Origin: a virus
Lineage: Duplodnaviria; Caudoviricetes
DNA length: 43,868 nucleotides
Virus record (IMG/VR): IMGVR_UViG_3300046061_000025
Coordinates: 1 to 43,868 of that record
Direction: 5' to 3' (one strand)
Shown here: in pieces, positions 15,163 through 25,337 of the stretch
How the letters are laid out: the number at the start of each line of letters is the position of its first letter
Position numbering within the stretch: position 1 is the first letter of the stretch
Translations under genes and position numbers: made by a program
Notes under the pieces: generated by a model
What the model was told of the DNA's origin: nothing
Databases searched by the model: none
Seen by the model: the letters and a program-made list of their open reading frames with translations, nothing else

Positions 15163-17712
15163 TTAGGCTCCATAGGTACTGATCACCCCACCGCCTTCGT
15201 ACTCGTGGCCCTGCGTATCATACGTCGCGCCGTTGATTGTCCACGTCGTGTTCGGGTTCTGATCCGGGTCACCGACGGCCACGCTCCCCACGAGGGCTGC
15301 CGCCGTGAACGTCGGCGACACCGTGACCGTGGACGTCGACGGCTTCACTTTGATTCGGAAATCCGTGTGGGAATCCGTCCACGATACCGCATAGGCGGTG
15401 GCGCCATCGAGCGTCACGGTCTGTGTTTCTTCACTCACGGTGCCCGGGCTCCCAACTACGTCCACCTCGATCGACTCCCCCTGCAGGTCGTACGCCATGT
15501 TCTCTAAATCCGGCTTGGTTGCGTCGCTATAGGATTTTGTCGCGGTGGTGAGGGAGCCATCCTGCGGGGCCTGATAGAGTGTCGTGATCTCGCTGGCATC
15601 TAGCGCTCGGGTGTAGAACTGCACGGGCCCGAGGTCGCCCTCGTAGTAGCCGCCGGAATCGTATTCCCCGAGTCGGAACGCCGACGACTCGGCGTTCATA
15701 CTCGAGCCGGTCGATGCACTATCGGTCTCCGTGTCGTTCTTATACAGTCGGACGGTCGAGCCATCCCACGTCAATGTGATCATCTGCCAGACAGCAGCAT
15801 CCACCGACCCGCCCTCTATCGAATGAATCGTGCTGCCGTCGTGGAAATCCGCGTGCCACTGGCCGTTCGCATCTTCCGACCGGACCAGGTACTGGCCTTC
15901 GTTCCCACTGACCGCCCGGTTCCACTTCCCCCACCCGCCCTGGTTCGACTGCATCGACGCATCCGGCTTACACCACGCCACCATCGTGAACGGCGTCCCC
16001 TCTAAATCCGGGTCATCGCCGCCATCCAGCACGTCGCTACTAAACCCGATGCTGTACGTGTTCAATACCCCTGTTTTCTGTAGCGTCCCGCCGTCGCGGG
16101 TTAGATCGTGGCCGTTTCCCGTGACATCCGTAATCGGGCCCGCGCTGTCATCGAGCGGCCAGTACGCTTCCAGCGACGAATCGCCGATGTCCCGGTTCGG
16201 ATACCCGAGCTGGATCACGTCACCGCCCGAGAGCGCCCCGAACGAGTCGTGAACCGTCCCGGATTCGTCACGGGCGGCGTTCCAGTCGCTGGCGGTCTCC
16301 CAGGTCAACGTTCGCTGGCTAGTCGACGTGGCGCTGGCCGACCCCCCATCCAGTACGGCCGCCGTATCGGCGAACGACGTGATCCCCCGGAGCGTCACGG
16401 GGTCATCGACGGGCAGACTATCGGTGAACGCTGTGATTCCGAGCCACGGGAGCGTGGGATCCGAGACGGTGACCTGGTCGGAGAATGTCAACAGTCGTTC
16501 CGACGATAGTTCATCAGTCATCGAGAGGGTGTCGATGAAGTTCAGATCGCCGAGGTCGTCGTACGAGAGCCTGGTGCCGGTGAGGCAGGACCGTTGATCC
16601 CGAATCGCGTCGACACTACTCGTCCCGGTATCCACCTCATACAGATGCACCGTGTCCGCCGGGAAGCCAGACGTGCCGGTGTCAACCTGGCCGTACCCAT
16701 CTTTGTCGGGGTCTTCCGCGTAGAGGTAGTTCGTGGCGTTCTGATCGAGGGTCCCAAACGATTCCTCCCACTCGATGTACGCACCCGTGAGTTTCCCCGT
16801 GCCGCCGCTGACGCGGTAATCGAGCGCGAACGGGTACTCATCGGAATCGGTGCCGAGGCGTTCATAGACGCCATCGTCATCACAGTTCGACACGTACGTA
16901 TTGGAATCCTGCACGCCCCGGTCAACGTACTTCGACGCTTCACCGATCCCCGACCCCGGATCCATCACCACCAACAGATCCAGATCATACTGGAACAGTC
17001 CCGTAAGGTAATCCGGCGCCGCCGGCGAATTCCGTATCGAGACTGAATCGACGAGCGCCCACCCGTTTTGGAATTCGGCCGACAGATACCCGAGCCGGTT
17101 CTTTCGCGCTATCTCCCACAGCTCCGCCTGCCCCCCGCCATCGATCATCCCGGACACGGTCACGGTGGGGATGAGGCCCTCGATGTCCACCGACCGGGCG
17201 ATCCCCTGCAGCCGCTGCACGGTCTCGGTCTGCCGCTCGTAGTTCTGCTGTACCTCCCGCGGGTCATACCCGAGGTCTAGATGCCCGAATTCGAACGTGT
17301 TCCCCGTCTCGGGTGCACTGTGGGATGGGTAATTGGAGTCATCGGTGGAATCCGTATTGACCGTGAACGTGAACTGGTAGGTGGATTCAGCTCCGGACTG
17401 TCGGAACGGGTCATCCTCGATCACGCATTTCCCGCTGAAGAACGGGTCGAACGCCACCTCCACCTCACCACCCCGGATAGCGATCTCTTGGAGTTTCTCC
17501 AGCTCGGCCAGGTCGTCCGTGCCGCCGAGGGCTGGATCCAGCGCGAGGGTGCCGTCCGCGCGGTACTGTAACTCTTGGCTGTCGGACTGGTAGAAGTTCG
17601 TCGATCGCTTGTTGAACGCCGTCTGTGGGCTGTTCGCGAGCCGCGCTGATTTCCGGTATTCCTCGGGCGGGTTGGCGAACGTGTAGCCATCGACCGTGAG
17701 GCTGTACGGCAC
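15163..17712 (-). CDS. Distal tail protein fused to a LamG/concanavalin-like adhesin domain
   Basis: Directly after the tape measure gene; AYWPLDD..GPITDVTGNGHD, FTMVAW, WQMITLTWDGSTVRLY, FYTRALDASEI are LamG hallmarks. Confidence 0.75.
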   Translation of the reverse strand: MPYSLTVDGYTFANPPEEYRKSARLANSPQTAFNKRSTNFYQSDSQELQYRADGTLALDPALGGTDDLAELEKLQEIAIRGGEVEVAFDPFFSGKCVIEDDPFRQSGAESTYQFTFTVNTDSTDDSNYPSHSAPETGNTFEFGHLDLGYDPREVQQNYERQTETVQRLQGIARSVDIEGLIPTVTVSGMIDGGGQAELWEIARKNRLGYLSAEFQNGWALVDSVSIRNSPAAPDYLTGLFQYDLDLLVVMDPGSGIGEASKYVDRGVQDSNTYVSNCDDDGVYERLGTDSDEYPFALDYRVSGGTGKLTGAYIEWEESFGTLDQNATNYLYAEDPDKDGYGQVDTGTSGFPADTVHLYEVDTGTSSVDAIRDQRSCLTGTRLSYDDLGDLNFIDTLSMTDELSSERLLTFSDQVTVSDPTLPWLGITAFTDSLPVDDPVTLRGITSFADTAAVLDGGSASATSTSQRTLTWETASDWNAARDESGTVHDSFGALSGGDVIQLGYPNRDIGDSSLEAYWPLDDSAGPITDVTGNGHDLTRDGGTLQKTGVLNTYSIGFSSDVLDGGDDPDLEGTPFTMVAWCKPDASMQSNQGGWGKWNRAVSGNEGQYLVRSEDANGQWHADFHDGSTIHSIEGGSVDAAVWQMITLTWDGSTVRLYKNDTETDSASTGSSMNAESSAFRLGEYDSGGYYEGDLGPVQFYTRALDASEITTLYQAPQDGSLTTATKSYSDATKPDLENMAYDLQGESIEVDVVGSPGTVSEETQTVTLDGATAYAVSWTDSHTDFRIKVKPSTSTVTVSPTFTAAALVGSVAVGDPDQNPNTTWTINGATYDTQGHEYEGGGVISTYGA

Positions 17713-17718
17713 GAGTAA

Positions 17719-19944
17719 TTAGGCCCCGTTATTGGATCGTTTCTCGCGATTCACCTGCTCGGCCACGTCCCGGCTGAACGAATGCGGGTTCTGCTGTAGG
17801 TCCCCGCCGACATCTACGTTCACTTCGGTGTTATTGATCTGGCGCTGCACCCCTTGGGCTTGCTGTCGGTTCCCCTGTCGGACCTGGCTGAAGCCGGTTT
17901 CCCGTTGCTGTAGTTGTAGATCCTCGGCAATCCCCGACGTATCCACCTGCCCGATGGATTCGATGTCGCCGATGTCGCGCCCAGTTACGTCCGAGACGGC
18001 GTTCGCCACCTCGTCGATCCCCTCGAGGAACCCGTTCACGATATCGATCACGCCATTCACCGCCGTGTCGATCGCCTCGCTGATCAACCCGATAATCCCG
18101 TTAAACACGGATGCGAACAGGTTAAACAATACGTTGAGCTGTACCTCGACGGCCGACACCAGGAAGATCAAGCCGTCCAAGACGAGGTTCGGGAGCGTGT
18201 CGAGGAAGAACGCCATGAACCCCTGGCCAAGGTCGTCGAGGAACCCCAGTACGAACCCACCGATCCCGCTGAAGATGTTGACGAACCACTCACCGAGTGA
18301 CTGTAGGCCACTGATGATCATGTCTTCGACGTTCCCGAAGGCATCGCCGAACACGCCCATCACGTCGTGGAACGCATCCACGGCGCCACTGATGTCACCC
18401 CGGACTAGCTCGACGATGGCGGCGCCGACCGCCGCGATCAACGGGAACAGCCCCAGCGTGAGGACGGATAGGAGGGTCAGGATGCTGTCGACGAGGTCTT
18501 CGCCGAGCAGTTCGCCCATCGCTTCGCCGGCTTCGGAGACAGCGCTGAACACGCCGAGCATATCGAGGGTCCACACCACCGCGAGGCCGATCGCCGCGCC
18601 GAGCGCCACCGCCGCGGCCGTGGATCCAGCGATGGCAGCTTTGAGGCCAACGAGAGCTTCTTTGAGGCCGGTGAACGAACCGTACAGCGTCGAGGCGAGC
18701 CCCGCCAGCTTCACCAGAATAGGGGCGAGCAGCAGAAGGCTAATCACGATCTTCCGGGTGGTTTCGTTCATATCGTTAATTGTCTCCATGAAGCCGTCCG
18801 TCGCCCGGACGAGTTTCGTCACTGCCGGAATGAGGACGTTCCCGACGTTCGTCCCGAACTCCAGCAGCGTCGGCGCCAGATCAACAAGTGCATCCAGCAG
18901 GTCCATCAGCTCCGGCTTCAACTCCATCACGCTGGCTTTCATATCCTCGAGGGCTGCCCTGCCGTTATCCTGCAGGAACGACACCACGTCCCGCAACACG
19001 GGGAGTGCGGCTCGAGCGAGATCGAACATGAGGCCGACCAATGTGGGGAGGACGTCGGCGGCGATCTGGCCGAACTCCCGCAGGCTGTCCCGGAACTGTT
19101 CGGTGCCGCCGACGGCGTTCAGCATCTCCTCGACTACGTCCGGGATCGCGTCCACCGCGTCTTTGATCAACGGGATGAACTCCCGGCCAAACTCGACGAC
19201 GAGCGGCTGTAGTTCCTCCTTTAGATCGCCGACGACGCCAGCTAGCGCGCCGGTGGCCGTCGTTTGATCCTGGAGTTCCTCTTTTTTCTCGCGTAACTGC
19301 CGTAACCGGGTTTGCTGTTGGGCGGTGAGTGCGCCCTGGGCGTCCTGCATCGTTTCGTACTGGCTGATGAGACGATCGGTTTGGGCGAGTTCTTCCTCGT
19401 TCTGCTGGGCCATCTGATCGCCCCACGCCAGGATCCCCGACCCGATGATGAGGCCGAACGCGCCGGCCACAGCGGCCGCCGCGGCGGCGAGCGCGCCGAA
19501 CGCCACCACCAACGGGGCGATCACCGTCGCCGCCGTCAACAAAGCGGGAATGAGCGACAGGGTGAACGCGGTCGAAAGCGTCCCAACCGACAGGCTCGCA
19601 CCCGACGCAGACAACGAAAGACTGCTGAACGAACCGGACGCGGCTTGGCTTTGGACGGCGGCCTGGGTCGCCTCATCCCCTACGTCATCGAGCGCGTGCT
19701 GCAGGAACTCGGCTTTCACGCCGGCGCTTACGGCTTCACTCCCGAGTTCATCCAGCGCCGCCTGCAGGATCGCGGCGGTCCGGGTCGCCGATCCCATTTC
19801 TCCAGCGGCCGCATCCAGGCCCTCCGCCGCCACGTGCCCCTGGCCCGCAAGGCCCGAGAGTTCCGCGCCCACGTCCTCGAGACTTTCCTCGGCCGCCTCC
19901 GTCAGCGCCGACACTAAGACCCGGACGTTCGCGTCACTCGCCAT
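17719..19944 (-). CDS. Tail tape measure protein
   Basis: 741 aa, Ala/Gly/Leu-rich amphipathic and hydrophobic helices; follows the chaperone pair. Confidence 0.85.
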   Translation of the reverse strand: MASDANVRVLVSALTEAAEESLEDVGAELSGLAGQGHVAAEGLDAAAGEMGSATRTAAILQAALDELGSEAVSAGVKAEFLQHALDDVGDEATQAAVQSQAASGSFSSLSLSASGASLSVGTLSTAFTLSLIPALLTAATVIAPLVVAFGALAAAAAAVAGAFGLIIGSGILAWGDQMAQQNEEELAQTDRLISQYETMQDAQGALTAQQQTRLRQLREKKEELQDQTTATGALAGVVGDLKEELQPLVVEFGREFIPLIKDAVDAIPDVVEEMLNAVGGTEQFRDSLREFGQIAADVLPTLVGLMFDLARAALPVLRDVVSFLQDNGRAALEDMKASVMELKPELMDLLDALVDLAPTLLEFGTNVGNVLIPAVTKLVRATDGFMETINDMNETTRKIVISLLLLAPILVKLAGLASTLYGSFTGLKEALVGLKAAIAGSTAAAVALGAAIGLAVVWTLDMLGVFSAVSEAGEAMGELLGEDLVDSILTLLSVLTLGLFPLIAAVGAAIVELVRGDISGAVDAFHDVMGVFGDAFGNVEDMIISGLQSLGEWFVNIFSGIGGFVLGFLDDLGQGFMAFFLDTLPNLVLDGLIFLVSAVEVQLNVLFNLFASVFNGIIGLISEAIDTAVNGVIDIVNGFLEGIDEVANAVSDVTGRDIGDIESIGQVDTSGIAEDLQLQQRETGFSQVRQGNRQQAQGVQRQINNTEVNVDVGGDLQQNPHSFSRDVAEQVNREKRSNNGA

Positions 19945-20342
19945 CAGCCGTCACCAACCCTGTCCGGCGCCTGTTCGCGTATCCGTTCGGCTTCCCGGCG
20001 TTCCGCTTGTAGTTCCGCGAGCGTGGACATCTGGCCCTCGGGGCTCGGGGCTTTCAGCCCGGCCTGGTCCATCTGGTCGCGCTGATCAGCCCGCGACTCC
20101 TGACTCCGGACCATATCCCGTCGCTCTCGCCGCGACCCCACACGGCTGCTCCGTGGATCCGACCGATCCATCCGATCCTCCCGTACGTCCTCGATGTGGC
20201 TCGCCGTCGCCGCATAGATGTCGTAATCCAGATGGAACCGCACCCCAGCCGCGAGATCGTGTTCACCGAGAACGCGGCTGGGGAGCATTCCGTATTCCCG
20301 TGCCATTAGTCCGGCTTTGAGCATGATCGGGTTATCCTGGAA
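19944..20342 (-). CDS. Tail assembly chaperone C-terminal extension (gpT-like; probably reached by +1 frameshift)
   Basis: Overlaps the 3' end of the upstream chaperone in the +1 frame; REYGMLPS motif; immediately before the tape measure gene. Confidence 0.7.
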   Translation of the reverse strand, partial: FQDNPIMLKAGLMAREYGMLPSRVLGEHDLAAGVRFHLDYDIYAATASHIEDVREDRMDRSDPRSSRVGSRRERRDMVRSQESRADQRDQMDQAGLKAPSPEGQMSTLAELQAERREAERIREQAPDRVGDG

Positions 20343-20853
20343 ACGACTCGGCGCGATCCTCGGCCGCATCCAACAACGTCTCCGGGTCCTGGCCGGTGAT
20401 CGCGCCGATCAGGAACGTCCGATCCCGCTCGGTCAGCTCGGAGAGGTCGAACCAGTCGGGATCGCCGATGTACGCCGGGTTCGCCCAGTGAACATTCGGC
20501 TTCACGACCTGGGGGACCATCACGTCGCGGAAGAACAGGACGACGCGGAATCTGTCTCCCAGTTCCTCCAGATCCTCTGGTTCGACGTCATCCAGCTCCA
20601 CGTCGTCCAGCTCGGTGAGGTCCGTATCCGGGTCGACGTTCGACAGGTCTTCGGCCATGTCGGCGATCCCGTACTCGTCGATCAGCGACGCGAATTTCGT
20701 GGGCTGCATCACGGAGACGCGGAGCTTCATCTGGCCGTCCGGCAACACGACATCTTTCGTCTCCGCGGTTTCCCTTCGGTATGCTTCCTGGTTCGCCCAC
20801 GCTACATCGTCGTCGGGATCGTCAGGAGTAGGGTCGGATGAATCGGTGGCCAT
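20332..20853 (-). CDS. Tail assembly chaperone (gpG-like)
   Basis: Acidic ORF between the tail tube region and tape measure; start 27 nt below a late-promoter motif. Confidence 0.7.
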   Translation of the reverse strand: MATDSSDPTPDDPDDDVAWANQEAYRRETAETKDVVLPDGQMKLRVSVMQPTKFASLIDEYGIADMAEDLSNVDPDTDLTELDDVELDDVEPEDLEELGDRFRVVLFFRDVMVPQVVKPNVHWANPAYIGDPDWFDLSELTERDRTFLIGAITGQDPETLLDAAEDRAESFPG

Positions 20854-20879
20854 GCTCACCATGACGACAATTCTCAGCA

Positions 20880-20903
20880 TTAAACCAGTATGACGCTGGA
20901 TTC
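20880..20903 (-). promoter_or_regulatory. Late promoter motif copy 2
   Basis: Identical to copy 1 over CAGCATTAAACCAGTATGACGCTGGATTC. Confidence 0.75.
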
Positions 20904-21049
20904 CACGGGGGTTCGTGGTCGCCGCGCTACTCATGTCGTGGTTTGAGTTCTGTCGTGAATCGGTCGGTTTCGTTCATCCCCTACCCCGCCCTCGCATCGT
21001 CGAAGGTGTCGGTAGGAAGCCACCCATACCGCGGGATCGTCACCGTCGG

Positions 21050-21592
21050 TTAGCCGTTGTCACCGACAGTGTTCGTGCCGTTGTCCGTAATCGTGATACC
21101 GGCGTAATTCCCATCCGCGAGCCCGTTCGTCGTCCCGGACGTGAACGTGATCTCGCCGTTCCGACACTTCGTGAACACGTGACCGTTCCCCTCCGCCGAG
21201 ACACTCGTGCCACTGATCCAGAGGTCCGTCCCCACGAACCCGTTCGCCGTGATCGTCAACGGCGAATTCAACCGCACCGACTCGAGCCGCGACAGGTTCT
21301 CGCTAAACGTCCACGCCGCATCGATACTCGTACCGGAGATATTCGTCCCGACGACCTTCACCGCGACAGCAACGGTTCGTGCGGCGTCGTACGTGGCGGC
21401 TTCCAGATACACCGTTTCGCCCGCCTCGGCTGCCGCGAGCGCGGTATCCAACCTGGTATCCGGATCCAAGCCATCATACGCCCCCGCATAGTGGCGGCCA
21501 TCCCCGAGTAGTTCCGTCGAAACGGAGTCTGACTCCAGCGTATCGGTCCGCCAGCTCCGTGGCGCCGGGAGGCGTTGTGGGTTCCGTGCCAT
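21050..21592 (-). CDS. Putative short beta-helix virion protein
   Basis: LDTALAAAEAGETVYL cap followed by Asn/Gly/Thr beta-coil repeats. Confidence 0.5.
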   Translation of the reverse strand: MARNPQRLPAPRSWRTDTLESDSVSTELLGDGRHYAGAYDGLDPDTRLDTALAAAEAGETVYLEAATYDAARTVAVAVKVVGTNISGTSIDAAWTFSENLSRLESVRLNSPLTITANGFVGTDLWISGTSVSAEGNGHVFTKCRNGEITFTSGTTNGLADGNYAGITITDNGTNTVGDNG

Positions 21593-21594
21593 CG

Positions 21595-21924
21595 CTAGAT
21601 CGTTTCCAGTTCCGCAGCCACATCGGCCCCACTCGACCCCTGATTAACGGCTTGTAACCGGAGGTCCGTCACGCCCTCGATGTCGACGGGCACGATCTCC
21701 GTCGCGCCGTTGTCGACGCCGCTGATCGATGCGATCCAGTCGCCCCACGACAGCGAATCGTCGAGCCGTGCCTGCAAGTGGAAGTCCACGTCGGTGCTAT
21801 CTCCCGAGGACTGGTTCTCGACCTGTAGCACCGCGGCGTCGGTCTGTACGTCGGCGGTGTCGGTCGCCGTGTCGTCGCCGCCCGACGCATCGAGCGACGA
21901 CGAGAGACGTAATGGTCGTGACAT
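21595..21924 (-). CDS. Hypothetical virion protein (beta-sandwich-like)
   Basis: 109 aa, directly downstream of the tail tube gene. Confidence 0.6.
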   Translation of the reverse strand: MSRPLRLSSSLDASGGDDTATDTADVQTDAAVLQVENQSSGDSTDVDFHLQARLDDSLSWGDWIASISGVDNGATEIVPVDIEGVTDLRLQAVNQGSSGADVAAELETI

Positions 21925-21927
21925 CGG

Positions 21928-22941
21928 TTAGTAGGCGGCGGTCTGGCTGTTCGCCAGTATGGCCTGGATGTCGTACGTGGCGGCCGTGTCTTCGGCTTCC
22001 CACCCGATGTTCTCCACGATCGCATCCTGTTCGTTCAACTGGACTTCATCGGTCGCCAGGATGATGTTCGGCACGTCCAGCTCGAGACTATACGCCGTCG
22101 AACCGCCATCGGCGGTGGTTTCGGGGCTGGTCCACGTTGCGTTCAGGCTCGCCTTGTAGAGTGCGTCCTGCACGGTGGTCGCGGCGGTGTCGCCGAGGAA
22201 TAGCTGCATGGCGTAGGTGTTCTCGAAATCCAGGTTCAGACTCCCCGACACCGCCCGCTCGCCGACGTGGCACTTCGCCGGTGTCCGACTCCCACGGATC
22301 TTCTCGTCAAGATCGTTGTCCACGGTCGCGCTGAACTCGGCCACGTCCACCGATCGATCCGTGCCGTCGAGCTGGATCGTGCCGTCGTGCCACACGAACG
22401 GCCGCTCGTCCGAGTACGTCGGCGACGCTTGACTGCCCTGTAGCTCGGGCTCTTGAGCGTTCATGTCGGCGGAGACCATCAGGTATTCCTCCGGCGTGTG
22501 GCTGATCTCGAGGCTCCCGATCCCGACGCCCTTGTGCCGTAAGGCGTCGATCGCGCCGAGCCCGATCTCGACGGCAAAACTGGGGAGTTTGTTGTCGGCG
22601 GTGAAGGTGTGTTCGCCGGTGTCGTCCGTCGAGTCGCCATCCGTGTCGGACGTAGTGACGGATGTGGCGCCGAACGCGCCCTTTAGGAGGTAACCGAGGC
22701 CGTTCTCCGGCCCCGCCACCATTTCCACGCTACCGTCGTCGTCGAACACCCCAGCGGTCCCGTCGAACCGGCTTCGGCCACGGATGTTGCTGTTGAACAG
22801 GACGCCGTTCTCCATGCTGAACCCATCGCTGTTAATCGGGAGGTACACCGACGGGGCACCGCCCCCGCCGTAACTCGATTCCTCCGTGATCCCACAGTAC
22901 CCGAGGTGGCTCTGGGCGTCCGTTCCGATATTCTGCGTCAT
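21928..22941 (-). CDS. Major tail tube protein
   Basis: GITEESSYG, HTFT...LPSFAVEIG, GERAVSGSLNLDFE motifs; position. Confidence 0.8.
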   Translation of the reverse strand: MTQNIGTDAQSHLGYCGITEESSYGGGGAPSVYLPINSDGFSMENGVLFNSNIRGRSRFDGTAGVFDDDGSVEMVAGPENGLGYLLKGAFGATSVTTSDTDGDSTDDTGEHTFTADNKLPSFAVEIGLGAIDALRHKGVGIGSLEISHTPEEYLMVSADMNAQEPELQGSQASPTYSDERPFVWHDGTIQLDGTDRSVDVAEFSATVDNDLDEKIRGSRTPAKCHVGERAVSGSLNLDFENTYAMQLFLGDTAATTVQDALYKASLNATWTSPETTADGGSTAYSLELDVPNIILATDEVQLNEQDAIVENIGWEAEDTAATYDIQAILANSQTAAY

Positions 22942-23411
22942 CCACTTTCACCTGTATCCGTGTCGATGTCCGCGATATGTGAATCCGCCTCACGCTCGTT
23001 CCCACCATCAGCAGCCTCGTTGTCGGGGGAGTGGCTGCTCAGGTGTCCATTCAGCGATTTCAGGGACGGATACACCTCGCCACAGAGTTCGCCGTCGCCC
23101 GTCGGGTACTCACACACGATCCCGTAGTTGATCAGCGGGTTCGACAGGTCACCGCGGGTGAGTTCGTCGGCGACGGGTTCGGCGACGGCGTTCGCCGGTG
23201 TTTCGCCCGCCTCGATCGCGTCTCTTGACGCCACCGGGAGGGGTTCGTGCATCCTGAACTCCCCGTCAGGGGTGTCTTTGATCATCATCTGGAAGCGAAT
23301 CCCGAACTCATCCAGCACCACGGAGGTCTGCCGGCCGCGGAACTGGATGAACTCCCGGATCACCTCCCCATCGTCATCCTCGGGTTCGGTCGTGGGTAGT
23401 TCTCGTGCCAT
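22938..23411 (-). CDS. Hypothetical protein with a C2H2 Zn finger
   Basis: C...CGEVYPSLKSLNGHLSSH. Confidence 0.65.
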   Translation of the reverse strand: MARELPTTEPEDDDGEVIREFIQFRGRQTSVVLDEFGIRFQMMIKDTPDGEFRMHEPLPVASRDAIEAGETPANAVAEPVADELTRGDLSNPLINYGIVCEYPTGDGELCGEVYPSLKSLNGHLSSHSPDNEAADGGNEREADSHIADIDTDTGESG

Positions 23412-23418
23412 CGTTGCG

Positions 23419-23976
23419 CTAGCTCACTGGTTTCCGTCGCTTGGTTTCCACCACGAAATCGGCCGTCCCGTATTTCAGGTGGACCCGTTCGTCCCGCACG
23501 TTCAGCGCGAAATCGAACTGTACCGCATCCGCCCCCGACGTGAGGTGGGCATCCTTCGCCACCGGGTCACCCGCGCCGGGCGTGGATTCCAGCCGCCGGT
23601 TTTCCTCGACGTTGTTGACGACGTTCCCGATGATCACCTGGGCCAGCTCAAGCCCGTACTGCTGATCATAATCCGCCACGAACGCACTGATGCTAAAGGT
23701 ATACGTGGTGTCGTTCGCCCGGACGTTCCGTGCCTCGTCGCCGACACCGGTCGGGATCGACAACACTACCGGGAGGTCGTAGTGGTTCAGTAATTGATCG
23801 GCCGCCACGACGCCCCGGACGTGATGCTGCACATCGGGCGAGTATCCCGACCCATCCAGGTTCCCATTGGAGAGGTGGTTGTCGACCGCGACATCACGGA
23901 ACCGCTCTAGCACTTCCAGATGTGCCTCCGTGAACCCGTCGTGATCCGAGGCGGTGAATCCGGCGTCCGTCGCCAT
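23419..23976 (-). CDS. Putative tail terminator/completion protein
   Basis: Size and position before the tail tube gene. Confidence 0.5.
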   Translation of the reverse strand: MATDAGFTASDHDGFTEAHLEVLERFRDVAVDNHLSNGNLDGSGYSPDVQHHVRGVVAADQLLNHYDLPVVLSIPTGVGDEARNVRANDTTYTFSISAFVADYDQQYGLELAQVIIGNVVNNVEENRRLESTPGAGDPVAKDAHLTSGADAVQFDFALNVRDERVHLKYGTADFVVETKRRKPVS

Positions 23977-24507
23977 CTACATCGCGCCCCCGCTGGTGTC
24001 GAAGGCGTCGTCGACGGCGTCCTGGGCGATCTGGCCCGCTCTACCGTTCCACCGGCGGATGGAGCGGTCGATGAACTCGTTCGGGAACGTCTTGTGGCCA
24101 TCGCGGAAGATCGCCCACCGGATGTTCTCCGCCGCCCGCTCGATCGACTCACCCTCCCTCGGGGTGATCTTCGCGGTCGCCCACTGCAGGATCGGCTCCA
24201 ACGGGGGTGGGCTGGTGTCGTAGCTGGTGCCCTCGACGATCGCTTGATGGAGCGGCCAGCCCTGCTCGGTTCGCTTCCGCGGCGCAACGGACACCCGGTA
24301 GGGATCCTGGGACTCCGTCGCGGCCTTGATCGTCGTCCGCATATTCACCCTGGGGATCCCGACGCCCTCGGGCGCTTCATCCTTCATGTGGCGCTCCGAC
24401 AACACCGCCAGCTGATCCACCGCATCCTCCGCCCCGCCGCCAAGGATCCGTTTCCAGCGATCCTCGACGCGCGACGGCACGTCCACCTCGATCTCGAGCT
24501 CACTCAC
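23977..24507 (-). CDS. Putative neck / tail-completion protein (HK97 gp10-like)
   Basis: MKDEAP..., AIVEGT, PNEFIDRS pattern; position. Confidence 0.55.
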   Translation of the reverse strand: MSELEIEVDVPSRVEDRWKRILGGGAEDAVDQLAVLSERHMKDEAPEGVGIPRVNMRTTIKAATESQDPYRVSVAPRKRTEQGWPLHQAIVEGTSYDTSPPPLEPILQWATAKITPREGESIERAAENIRWAIFRDGHKTFPNEFIDRSIRRWNGRAGQIAQDAVDDAFDTSGGAM

Positions 24508-24973
24508 CGTAGTCGCCTCCGTAGTTCGTCAGGTGGGCGGTCCGGCCGGTCGCGGGATAGCTTGTGCCCTGGGCTTCGGTGGTGTCGGTCGCGCCGTAGC
24601 CGTGGACGGTGACCCAGTCGTCGAACTTCGACTCCGCGCGACGTTCCAGATACACGTGTCGTTCTTGGCCGTCGTCCTGTTCCGATCGATAGTTCTGGGC
24701 GTTCGCCTCGTGCGCCTCCGACGCCGCGAGTAACTCCGTCGCTTTCACGAGCAGGGGGTGGTCGTCTTCGATGCTGCTCCCTGGCGGGAGGTCGCTGGGG
24801 ATGTCCTGGTCGGTGGTTCGTTTCCACCACGCCTGCACCGTATCCGTCGCGCTCAGGATGAACGGCTCTACGTCCTTCTCGCCGCCCTTGACGGGGATGT
24901 CGATGTACTCCCGGACGCCGTCGCTGGTGGCCCAGTGTTCATCATCCAGGTTACTGGACGTGATCTCGGCCAT
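24500..24973 (-). CDS. Putative head-tail adaptor
   Basis: WATSDGVREY..FILSATDTV helical pattern; position after the MCP cluster. Confidence 0.5.
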   Translation of the reverse strand: MAEITSSNLDDEHWATSDGVREYIDIPVKGGEKDVEPFILSATDTVQAWWKRTTDQDIPSDLPPGSSIEDDHPLLVKATELLAASEAHEANAQNYRSEQDDGQERHVYLERRAESKFDDWVTVHGYGATDTTEAQGTSYPATGRTAHLTNYGGDYGE

Positions 24974-25330
24974 CTACCCATTACCCTCCGAGTCCGGTTC
25001 GTCGTCCCGGTAATAGGTGTCGTCGTGGCGGTGGCGTTCATCCAACCTGGCGGTTTCGCGCTGGAGTTCCTGGATCTCGTCCGTGTTCATCCCCAACCGT
25101 TCGAGCATCTTTTCCTGGCGCGACCCGAGATGGTCTTGTTTCTGGCCGATGCGGTTGACCTGTTCCGATAAGTCGGCCTGGTTCACGCCGATGCCGTCGA
25201 CCTTCTCGTCCATGCCGCTGATGGTATTCGATATGGATTTGTAGGCATACGGCGCCCCGAGCCACAGCAGGACGATCATGAGCCAGTTGTAGTTCTGGGC
25301 CAGGTATACCAGGTCGGCCAGGCCCACCAT
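24974..25330 (-). CDS. Membrane-anchored coiled-coil protein
   Basis: N-terminal hydrophobic WLMIVLLWLGAPY followed by heptads; GGTG RBS. Confidence 0.65.
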   Translation of the reverse strand: MVGLADLVYLAQNYNWLMIVLLWLGAPYAYKSISNTISGMDEKVDGIGVNQADLSEQVNRIGQKQDHLGSRQEKMLERLGMNTDEIQELQRETARLDERHRHDDTYYRDDEPDSEGNG

Positions 25331-25337
25331 CACGGGG

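Noticed and set aside
20935-21049. Very short minus-strand ORFs (about 20 aa or less) between the beta-helix gene and the chaperone promoter
   Set aside because: Too short to support from sequence alone
21050-24973. Contractile tail sheath gene
   Set aside because: No ORF of suitable size or motif precedes the tube gene
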